From an uncultured virus (IMG/VR IMGVR_UViG_3300006925_000013) (Duplodnaviria; Heunggongvirae; Uroviricota; Caudoviricetes), in the IMG/VR virus record IMGVR_UViG_3300006925_000013, positions 51,187-71,186 of that record: a stretch of 20,000 nt of DNA. One strand, given 5' to 3'. Position numbers and translations under genes: made by a program. The notes under the pieces were generated by a model that was not told the origin of the DNA, did not search any database, and worked only from the letters and a program-made list of their open reading frames with translations. Positions 7,708-14,958 of the stretch are shown in pieces. How positions within the stretch are numbered: position 1 is the stretch's first letter; the number at the start of each line of letters is the position of its first letter.

Positions 7708-8699
7708 TGAAATACATTTTAGTTGACACACTTAACATGTTCTTTAGAGCAAAACATGTGACTGCTCGTACTAGCGATATTGATATGAAAGTTGGTATGG
7801 CAATGCACATCATGTTTAATAGTGTAAAGAAAGTGTGGAGAGAGTTTGATGGTGATCATGTAATATTCTGTTTAGAAGGACGTTCATGGCGTAAAGACTT
7901 TTACGAACCTTACAAGAAGAATAGAAAGGTCACAATGGATCAAAGGTCTCCTAGTCAACAAGAAGAAGATGAAATATTTTTTGAAGCATACGATCACTTT
8001 GTTGATTACTTAAAGACTAAGACTAATTGTACTGTATTACATCAACCACAATCTGAAGCAGATGATTTAATTGCTATGTGGACACAAGAACACCCAAATG
8101 ACGAACACGTTATTGTTAGCACAGACAGTGACTTTTATCAACTTATAAGCAATAACATCAGTCAGTATAATGGTGTAACAGACCAAATAGTAAAGATAGA
8201 TGGCATATACGAAGCAAAGACTATGAAACGTGCTATTGATAAAAAGACACAAGAGCCTAAAGCAGTACCAGACCCTAAATGGTTACTGTTTGAAAAGTGT
8301 GTAAGAGGTGATACATCAGATAACATCTTCTCTGCTTTTCCAGGTGCTAGAAAGAAAGGCAGTAAAAACAAAACAGGTATGCTAGAAGCCTATGCTGATA
8401 TGGAACGTGGAGGCTTTGACTACAATAACTTTATGTTACAACGTTGGGTAGATCACAATGAGCAAGAGCACAGAGTAATAGATGACTTTGAACGTAATAA
8501 AATACTTATTGATCTTACACAACAACCAGATGAAATTAAAACTGCTATTAGAGAAGTATTTAACGAATCATCTAACAAAGACAAAGTGCAAAATGTAGGA
8601 ATACATTTTATGAAATTCTGTAACAAGTGGAATATGCCTAAACTTACAGATGCCGCAACAGAATTTGGAGAAATACTTAACGCATGTCAGAAACAATAA
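7707..8699 (+). CDS. rnh: T4 RNase H-like 5'-3' exonuclease (FEN/PIN fold)
   Basis: ILVD, SWRKDFYEPYKKNR, EADDLIA, VSTDSDFYQL, GDTSDNI motifs. Confidence 0.9.
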   Translation: MKYILVDTLNMFFRAKHVTARTSDIDMKVGMAMHIMFNSVKKVWREFDGDHVIFCLEGRSWRKDFYEPYKKNRKVTMDQRSPSQQEEDEIFFEAYDHFVDYLKTKTNCTVLHQPQSEADDLIAMWTQEHPNDEHVIVSTDSDFYQLISNNISQYNGVTDQIVKIDGIYEAKTMKRAIDKKTQEPKAVPDPKWLLFEKCVRGDTSDNIFSAFPGARKKGSKNKTGMLEAYADMERGGFDYNNFMLQRWVDHNEQEHRVIDDFERNKILIDLTQQPDEIKTAIREVFNESSNKDKVQNVGIHFMKFCNKWNMPKLTDAATEFGEILNACQKQ

Positions 8700-8863
8700 G
8701 AAAAATATGGGATGCCATTAAGTATGGTCCAGAGGAAACGTTGGTTACATTTGAATCACCTGATAAAGGTAAAACAGTATTTCAATGTACATCAACAACA
8801 AATAAAAGAACAGGACAAATAACAAGACAACGAGAGTTGATTAAGGAGAATAATGATGAGTAA
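8684..8863 (+). CDS. 59-aa hypothetical protein with FESPDKGKTVF motif, not in ORF track
   Basis: Manual translation; overlaps both neighbours and fills the gap. Confidence 0.65.
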   Translation: MSETIRKIWDAIKYGPEETLVTFESPDKGKTVFQCTSTTNKRTGQITRQRELIKENNDE

Positions 8864-9377
8864 AAAAGCAACAATTAAGAAGGTTGATGATGCAAGTTGG
8901 CTAGTAATAGATCAACATCGTGGGAACGTAGGTGTCTTATATCAAAATGTCCAAGGTGATTATGAATACTTGGCAAGTGATATTAAGGAAAAATTTAAAA
9001 GCGATCGAGCAGTAGAAAAGTACTTTGGTGCTAGAGTATTCCAGCAACAAACTGTTGAAAGTGCAATACAACCAGATAAAATGTTTATTGCAGGATTTGA
9101 AATACCTTTTCCATCACCTGAACTTATTACACCTGACCACCCTGAGTACACAAAAGATGTACCACTATTCAGTAAAACTGCAAACAGCGATGTATTGTAT
9201 GCGGCAGGTTGGTATGCTATTAACTTTGAGAAAGGTTGGAAACATGGTTACTGTCCTAAAGCAAGTACACTATTCCAATATGGCTACGAAGGCCCTTTTA
9301 AAACCAAGGATGAATTAAGATTCAGACTTAAAGAACTTAATAAGATCAAAAGAAATGAAATTAAAAACTCTGATTGA
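8853..9377 (+). CDS. hypothetical phage protein
   Basis: AAGGAG RBS; 174-aa ORF in the operon. Confidence 0.8.
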   Translation: MMSKKATIKKVDDASWLVIDQHRGNVGVLYQNVQGDYEYLASDIKEKFKSDRAVEKYFGARVFQQQTVESAIQPDKMFIAGFEIPFPSPELITPDHPEYTKDVPLFSKTANSDVLYAAGWYAINFEKGWKHGYCPKASTLFQYGYEGPFKTKDELRFRLKELNKIKRNEIKNSD

Positions 9378-9525
9378 GAATCTTAAATACTATAAGTCTA
9401 TCGGAAGTTCTGAAGTAACATTGGACATTAACGATTTACTTGAAGCATTACAAGACGTATCAAAAGTCGATGAGATAAAACCAAAGAAAAGCCTAACGTT
9501 GAATGCCGATGGCGGCAAGTTCTAG
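9355..9525 (+). CDS. 56-aa hypothetical protein ending DGGKF, not in ORF track
   Basis: Manual translation MKLKTLIENLKYYKSIGSSEVTLDINDLLEALQDVSKVDEIKPKKSLTLNADGGKF; fills the gap. Confidence 0.65.
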   Translation: MKLKTLIENLKYYKSIGSSEVTLDINDLLEALQDVSKVDEIKPKKSLTLNADGGKF

Positions 9526-9799
9526 TTTTTTAACAAGGCAACATGGTTTCGTGAGTTTTAACAAAGGTACATACAACGCCAAATATAAATACAATTACAA
9601 AATGCCTAGTTATGGTATTAATCATCATTACTTAAAATGGTGCGAAGATAATATAACAAATGGATTTGGTTGGTGGTTTAAAAGAACTGAGCCTTATATT
9701 ACCGAACCACACAAAGACGATAGGGCATTTGTAAGTTTTAAAACAAAAGAAGACCATGCTAAATTTACTTGGTATATGTTAAAGCAAAATGAAAATTGA
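9503..9799 (+). CDS. hypothetical protein (start uncertain: 9503 or 9509)
   Basis: ORF in the operon; KWCEDN...FGWWF...FTW aromatic pattern. Confidence 0.65.
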   Translation: MPMAASSSFLTRQHGFVSFNKGTYNAKYKYNYKMPSYGINHHYLKWCEDNITNGFGWWFKRTEPYITEPHKDDRAFVSFKTKEDHAKFTWYMLKQNEN

Positions 9800-10019
9800 A
9801 ATATATACAAAAACTACATGTCCTTATAGCACTATGGCAAAACAAGTGTTAGATCTTAATGGATATGAATTCACAGAAACAGTATTAGATGATGACGATA
9901 AACGCACACAATTCTACGAAAGTTGCGGAGATAACGTTAATACTGTACCACAAATATTCGTAGATGGAGAAAGAATAGGAGGTTTTCAACATCTTCTTAG
10001 GTCAAAACTAATTAATTAA
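9789..10019 (+). CDS. glutaredoxin (monothiol CPYS active site)
   Basis: IEIYTKTTCPYS, TVPQIFVDGERIGGF. Confidence 0.9.
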   Translation: MKIEIYTKTTCPYSTMAKQVLDLNGYEFTETVLDDDDKRTQFYESCGDNVNTVPQIFVDGERIGGFQHLLRSKLIN

Positions 10020-10067
10020 AGTATGTTTTAACTGTATTTTAGATAAATAAAAGTACAGGAGACATAC

Positions 10068-10382
10068 ATGAGTAGACCAAAACCAACAGTAATTTTAGAG
10101 CATCACGATACTACAAATTATAAAACAGAGCAGGTACTAGCGGCTGGAAACGTTTTTAGTGTGTTCTTTCAAGGTTCGCCAATTAATCTAAGAACTATGC
10201 ATTCTTACTTAGATTATCCTGGACCAAAGTATAAGAAAACTAGTTTTTCTAATCCTGGACATGCATTTAACTTAGCAGAGCGGCTAAACAAACAATTTAA
10301 CACAGAAGAATTTTGTGTAGTTAAATTAGAAAGTGGGCCTGTTGTAAGTGAAGATGAAGTCAAAAATGGCAATTCAAAATAG
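10068..10382 (+). CDS. hypothetical phage protein
   Basis: AGGAG RBS; 104-aa ORF. Confidence 0.8.
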   Translation: MSRPKPTVILEHHDTTNYKTEQVLAAGNVFSVFFQGSPINLRTMHSYLDYPGPKYKKTSFSNPGHAFNLAERLNKQFNTEEFCVVKLESGPVVSEDEVKNGNSK

Positions 10383-10770
10383 TTTACAATATAAAATAGT
10401 AGATAAAATCAAACAAGAATTAGATATTAGTCAGTATTCTGTACTTGACATTATGCCTTTGTTTTTTAAAAATCACAGGATTAGAGGTAACAAGGTTATA
10501 GGAGTTAGACTCACCAAGTACGGTTTAACACTTATGGAAAAGAGTTTTACTTGCTATAATTTTAAACTAGATAACTTTAAATTATCAAACAAAGCAGTAG
10601 TTAAACTAGATCAAACTATGCAATGGCCTTACTTTGTAGACAATAAAAAGTTAGTGCTATTCAGCGAAAAGGATTCTGTTATACTTAAACTGAAAGGTCA
10701 GAACTTGGAGAAATGGTTACAAGGTCTCCGCAAACCAAAAAATCCTACCAAAGACGATCTCTCTGAGTAA
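10366..10770 (+). CDS. hypothetical protein (start probably ATG 10366)
   Basis: ORF overlapping the end of the upstream gene. Confidence 0.7.
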   Translation: MAIQNSLQYKIVDKIKQELDISQYSVLDIMPLFFKNHRIRGNKVIGVRLTKYGLTLMEKSFTCYNFKLDNFKLSNKAVVKLDQTMQWPYFVDNKKLVLFSEKDSVILKLKGQNLEKWLQGLRKPKNPTKDDLSE

Positions 10771-10820
10771 ATATTAATGTACATTAACGTACATACACAC
10801 TGACACACAAGGAGAAAATT

Positions 10821-11033
10821 ATGTCACAAGGAAAAAGTGGGTTCGAACTACGAACCGATATCTTAGGAATGGCAATGGGCATGTTAGAAAATAACAGAGA
10901 CCAGGAAGTACATTCATTTTACAGTATCCCAGAAGATCACAGAGAAGGTAAATCAGCACCGGTTATCTGGATCTCTCCGGAGGAAGTAATCAATACAGCC
11001 AAAGAACTTTACGCATTCGTTAACGAAAAGTAA
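10821..11033 (+). CDS. small hypothetical phage protein
   Basis: AAGGAG RBS; followed by a terminator. Confidence 0.8.
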   Translation: MSQGKSGFELRTDILGMAMGMLENNRDQEVHSFYSIPEDHREGKSAPVIWISPEEVINTAKELYAFVNEK

Positions 11034-11050
11034 GTATTTAGGTACTGTAT

Positions 11051-11077
11051 AAAAAAAGGGTCCTAGGACCCTTTTTT
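11051..11077. terminator. bidirectional intrinsic terminator
   Basis: Perfect 26-bp palindrome AAAAAAGGGTCCTAGGACCCTTTTTT (11052-11077) between convergent genes, T-tract on both strands. Confidence 0.9.
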
Positions 11078-11088
11078 AGTGGTTGTGT

Positions 11089-11214
11089 CTACGATGCAAT
11101 TATATCTTGCACGTTTTCCATACGACCTGATTTCATCAGTGTATCTAATTTTTTCCAAGTGACCAATGCGAAACGATGAGTTGCACTGGCTACTATTCCT
11201 AAGGACTTCGCCAT
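11089..11214 (-). CDS. 41-aa protein MAKSLGIVASATHRFALVTWKKLDTLMKSGRMENVQDIIAS, not in ORF track
   Basis: ACAGGAGaataacATG on the minus strand; stop lies 11 nt before the bidirectional terminator. Confidence 0.7.
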   Translation of the reverse strand: MAKSLGIVASATHRFALVTWKKLDTLMKSGRMENVQDIIAS

Positions 11215-11283
11215 GTTATTCTCCTGTGATATTCTAACATAACTGCTAGTAGGTTTGCAGTAACTTCATCCCTATTGGGCTCT

Positions 11284-11323
11284 GTTACAGAATACCAAAC
11301 TCTATGTTACAATTATGTTACAA
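11284..11323 (-). promoter_or_regulatory. Pho-box/OmpR-family-like direct repeats with an extended -10
   Basis: Minus strand TTGTAAC-ATAA-TTGTAAC, then 11 nt, TATTCT (preceded by TGn), and a third CTGTAAC 22 bp on. Confidence 0.45.
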
Positions 11324-11369
11324 AAGTATTTATCATTTGTACGAAAATCATACAATTTTTACTGAAAAT

Positions 11370-11401
11370 AGGTTGACCAGTACCCCAAAATTTAGTATAA
11401 T
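11370..11401 (+). promoter_or_regulatory. early-type sigma70 promoter
   Basis: TTGACC 11373-11378, 17 bp, TATAAT 11396-11401. Confidence 0.85.
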
Positions 11402-11434
11402 ATATGCATAATTTGTAAAAAGGTAGGAGTTTTT

Positions 11435-11905
11435 ATGTACAAAGTATTTCAAATCAAGTTAAGTGACGAAGTTACAGATTTCGTTAATTCTAACGACAGA
11501 GGACACACAGGTGCCGCTGAAAAATATCCTGAGTATAACGCACACATGGAAGTGATGCGAGGTGCTGAAGGTTTCAAGGGAGAAATGTTTAATCATTATA
11601 CCCAAGTTTGTGAAGTTGCTCACTTTGAAGACAGCAACTTAGAAGAAGTATTCAAAATTTTGAATGGTTACTACTATGATGACGACACTGGTTTAGATCA
11701 GTGGTTCGACACATTCGTAAGTGGTTTCAAAATGAAGACGTTCACTAGGAAAGATGGTGAGGTTGTTACATATCGTGACATGCATTCTCTTTCAGTTGGC
11801 GACATTGTATTTGATTCAGTTGATGATTCATATCACATTGTTGATAGTTGGGGTTTTAAGGACATCACTTCTGATGTTCTTTCAGGAGTTCAACAAGTAG
11901 CATAA
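11435..11905 (+). CDS. YodL-like domain protein
   Basis: YKVFQIK N-terminus, LEEVFKILN, MHSLSVGDIV...YHIVDSWGFK match the YodL-like pattern. Confidence 0.7.
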   Translation: MYKVFQIKLSDEVTDFVNSNDRGHTGAAEKYPEYNAHMEVMRGAEGFKGEMFNHYTQVCEVAHFEDSNLEEVFKILNGYYYDDDTGLDQWFDTFVSGFKMKTFTRKDGEVVTYRDMHSLSVGDIVFDSVDDSYHIVDSWGFKDITSDVLSGVQQVA

Positions 11906-12120
11906 TGGAATACGTCGAATCTTTGGATTATAAAATCCGTTACTTAGATAAATTTAGTGCTAGGGCAGGTAAACATAATTGGATATCTGACCCTAAAACT
12001 TATTCTGATAGTGACGTTTTCCTTAGGTTAGATGAGTTACAAGCATTAGGCTACTTGGTTGAATTAACTTTTAATTTAAAAAATAAGAAAGAAAAGGTTG
12101 ACCTAGGTCAGGTTTTTTAG
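11905..12120 (+). CDS. hypothetical protein
   Basis: TAATG coupling; 71-aa ORF. Confidence 0.65.
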   Translation: MEYVESLDYKIRYLDKFSARAGKHNWISDPKTYSDSDVFLRLDELQALGYLVELTFNLKNKKEKVDLGQVF

Positions 12121-12126
12121 TATAAT
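12095..12126 (+). promoter_or_regulatory. early-type sigma70 promoter
   Basis: TTGACC 12098-12103, 17 bp, TATAAT 12121-12126. Confidence 0.85.
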
Positions 12127-12161
12127 ATATACATATTAAATAATTTCGTAGGAGTAATTAT

Positions 12162-13241
12162 ATGTCAGATAACATTCGAACAGTAAAACTAAGCAGGGCA
12201 AAGAACCACATCAAACGTGCTTTCTCTAAAAAACGTCCTGTATTCATTTGGGGTCCTCCAGGAGTTGGTAAGTCCGACGTACTGGCTCAGATCGCTGAAG
12301 AAGGTAACAACCTTTTAATTGATTTGAGAATGGCTTTGCTAGACCCAACAGATATCAAAGGGTATCCTTACAGAGATGAGGACACTAACAAAATGATGTG
12401 GGCGGCACCTGCCGAACTACCATCAGAAGAACTTGCTAGTCAGTATGAAACTGTCTTCTTGTTCTTAGACGAACTTAACTCTGCACCTCCAAGTGTGCAG
12501 GCAACTGCTTACCAGTTGATCCTTAACCGTAGGGTTGGACAATATGTATTACCAGATAACGTGGTAATTGCGGCGGCTGGTAATAGAGACACTGATAAAG
12601 GTGTTACTTACAGGATGCCAAGTCCTTTAGCAAACAGATTCCTTCACTTAGAAGTTGAAGTTAATCATGACGATTGGCAGTCTTGGGCAGTTGATAATGA
12701 CATCAACCCAGATGTTGTTGGTTACTTGGCTTTTGCTAAACAAGACCTTTTTGACTTTGATCCAAAGAGTTCAAGCAGGAGTTTTGCTACTCCTAGGTCT
12801 TGGGCATTCGTTAGCCAAATGCTAGAAGACAGTGACATGACTCATGAAGAGGAAATGGACATTGTAACTGGTTTGGTTGGTGAAGGTATGGCAATCAAGT
12901 TTATGAACCATAAGAAGAATGCTTCTAAACTTCCTAAGCCATCTGAAATCCTTTCAGGTAAGGTCAAGGAGTTGAAGAAACTTGAGATATCTTCTAAGTA
13001 TGCTCTTACAGTTGGTATGAGTTATGAGTTGAAGAACATTCAAGACAATGGTGAAGAGAAAGAACTCACAGAGGCTTTCAATAACTTCATTAACTTCTTA
13101 ATGGACAACTTCGAACCTGAGATGTGTGTATTAGGCTGTAAAATTGCATTGAGCGAGTATGACATTGATGTTGACTTTGCAGACGTAAAACGTATTGATG
13201 AGTGGGTTGATCGATACGGCAAATACATGAACATCGACTAG
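12162..13241 (+). CDS. MoxR-like AAA+ ATPase
   Basis: Walker A GPPGVGKS, Walker B LFLDE, AAGN sensor, LANRF Arg finger, TPRSW. Confidence 0.9.
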   Translation: MSDNIRTVKLSRAKNHIKRAFSKKRPVFIWGPPGVGKSDVLAQIAEEGNNLLIDLRMALLDPTDIKGYPYRDEDTNKMMWAAPAELPSEELASQYETVFLFLDELNSAPPSVQATAYQLILNRRVGQYVLPDNVVIAAAGNRDTDKGVTYRMPSPLANRFLHLEVEVNHDDWQSWAVDNDINPDVVGYLAFAKQDLFDFDPKSSSRSFATPRSWAFVSQMLEDSDMTHEEEMDIVTGLVGEGMAIKFMNHKKNASKLPKPSEILSGKVKELKKLEISSKYALTVGMSYELKNIQDNGEEKELTEAFNNFINFLMDNFEPEMCVLGCKIALSEYDIDVDFADVKRIDEWVDRYGKYMNID

Positions 13242-13296
13242 TTAGTCTCTGTGTCGCCAGTTACTCCTACAACCTACACTAAGCGGCACAGACTAA
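13242..13296 (+). ncRNA. candidate 3'UTR structured RNA with an anti-RBS loop
   Basis: Arms TTAGTCT(CT)GTGTCGC 13242-13257 and GCGGCACAGACTAA 13283-13296; loop contains TTACTCCTACAACCTAC. Confidence 0.5.
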
Positions 13297-13329
13297 GGGG
13301 GGATCTACAAGGTCCCCCCATCCTTTTTA
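13297..13329 (+). terminator. intrinsic terminator
   Basis: GGGGGGATC-TACAA-GGTCCCCCC stem-loop followed by ATCCTTTTTA. Confidence 0.75.
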
Positions 13330-13339
13330 TCCAAATAAT

Positions 13340-13371
13340 AGGTTGACCTCCCAGGTAATTTTTAGTATAAT
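13340..13371 (+). promoter_or_regulatory. early-type sigma70 promoter
   Basis: TTGACC 13343-13348, 17 bp, TATAAT 13366-13371. Confidence 0.85.
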
Positions 13372-13399
13372 ATAAGTATAGTTTGTAGGAGAACACACA

Positions 13400-14626
13400 A
13401 TGAACAATTTAGCACAAAATACAGATCAAGCAGTAAAGGACAGATTAATTACTGCTAGAGTGCAACTGCTTCTTAAGAATGGTTTCTTTGGTAACTTAGC
13501 AACTAGGTTACAATTACAAGAAGCATCAAGTTGGTGCCCAACTGCCGCAACAGATGGCAGATACTTTTTTTATAATACTGAGTTTATCAATTCGTTAGAT
13601 GATGACGAACTGATCTTTTTGATGGGCCACGAAGTTCTACATAATGTTTATGACCATATGGACAGACGTGGTAACAGAGATCCTCGTCTTTGGAACATAG
13701 CAAATGACTATGTTGTGAATATGGACTTAGTAGAAAACAACATTGGTAAGAGAATTACCAAAGTTAATATTTGTTTTGATTACAAATATCAGAACTGGAT
13801 TTCAGATGAGATCTATGATGACTTGTATGAAAATGCTGAGCATGTTACCCAAGAAACACTTGATATGCATTTGGACTATAGCGAGGAAGATGGCGATGGT
13901 CAAGGTGCACAAGGTAATGTAGATGGTGGTGATAAGCAAGATGGCCCACCAGCATATTCTAAGGAAGAAAGACAGCAGATCAACGACGAAGTTAAAGAAG
14001 CAGTAATGAATGCGGCCAAAGGTGCTGGTAATAAAGATCTTCCTAATGGTGTTAGGAAGATGATTAAAGATCTTACTAACCCTGAGTTAGACTGGAGAGA
14101 GTTACTTGCAACTAATATTCAAAGTGTTGTAAAGAATGATTTTACATTTATGAGACCTGCTAGAAAAGGTATTGCTGAAAGAGTATACTTACCAGGTATG
14201 GACTACGACACAGACTTAGATGTGTTCTGCTTTATTGATAGTTCCGGTTCTATGTCAGATGAAATGCTAAGAGACCTTCTAAGCGAAGTAAAAGGTTGCA
14301 TGGAGCAATACACTAACTTTAAACTTAGACTTTGTTTCTTTGATACATCTACATACACAATTCATGAGTTTGATTCAACTAACGTTGATGACATTTATGA
14401 CATTGAAATTGAAGGCGGTGGTGGTACTGAGTTTGATTGTATGTTTGATCGACTCAAAGAAGAAGACATTGTTCCGCAGAAGTTAATTGTATTCACAGAT
14501 GGTTACCCATGGGGTAGTTGGGGTGATGAAGACTACTGTGATACATTGTTTATTATTCATGGCTCTGGCTACGGTGGTAGAACTCCAGAAGCACCATATG
14601 GCGTATCAGTGAAGTATAAAGCATGA
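13400..14626 (+). CDS. DUF2201-type putative metallopeptidase with C-terminal vWA domain
   Basis: TAATDG, HEVLH (HExxH), WNIANDYVVN, MIDAS DSSGS, GGGGT, FTDG. Confidence 0.88.
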   Translation: MNNLAQNTDQAVKDRLITARVQLLLKNGFFGNLATRLQLQEASSWCPTAATDGRYFFYNTEFINSLDDDELIFLMGHEVLHNVYDHMDRRGNRDPRLWNIANDYVVNMDLVENNIGKRITKVNICFDYKYQNWISDEIYDDLYENAEHVTQETLDMHLDYSEEDGDGQGAQGNVDGGDKQDGPPAYSKEERQQINDEVKEAVMNAAKGAGNKDLPNGVRKMIKDLTNPELDWRELLATNIQSVVKNDFTFMRPARKGIAERVYLPGMDYDTDLDVFCFIDSSGSMSDEMLRDLLSEVKGCMEQYTNFKLRLCFFDTSTYTIHEFDSTNVDDIYDIEIEGGGGTEFDCMFDRLKEEDIVPQKLIVFTDGYPWGSWGDEDYCDTLFIIHGSGYGGRTPEAPYGVSVKYKA

Positions 14627-14958
14627 AGATTCACGTAAGTAAAAAATTAGGTGTAGGTGAACTAGAAGGTTTAAAAGGTACTCTAACCTATGAGAACCTA
14701 ATGAAAAACAAAATTTGCATTTATTCTAATACAATGGAAGACGACACTATATTTGATTTAGTGTCGCACTTCGATGAGCACGGGCAAGGTCTACTTCATA
14801 TGTCTACACTTGGTAGTGATAACATATGGAGAATTTACTTTGAGCATACAGGCGACATGCTCACATTCATAGAGTTAGCAAGAGCACCTAGTAAAAAACC
14901 AGATAATATAGGCAGTATTGAGTCAGTTGTAGTAAATACTACACATGACGCAGAATAA
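14623..14958 (+). CDS. hypothetical protein
   Basis: ATGA overlap; 111-aa ORF. Confidence 0.7.
   Translation: MKIHVSKKLGVGELEGLKGTLTYENLMKNKICIYSNTMEDDTIFDLVSHFDEHGQGLLHMSTLGSDNIWRIYFEHTGDMLTFIELARAPSKKPDNIGSIESVVVNTTHDAE

Noticed and set aside
11236..11310. SAM-I, glutamine, preQ1 riboswitch or hammerhead assignment
   Set aside because: Only superficial similarity (AGAG/GAUGAA); the conserved cores are absent
13234..13280. GTAGGAGTAA on the minus strand as an RBS for a reverse gene
   Set aside because: Followed only by CTG; the frame would run antisense into the AAA gene; no promoter evident
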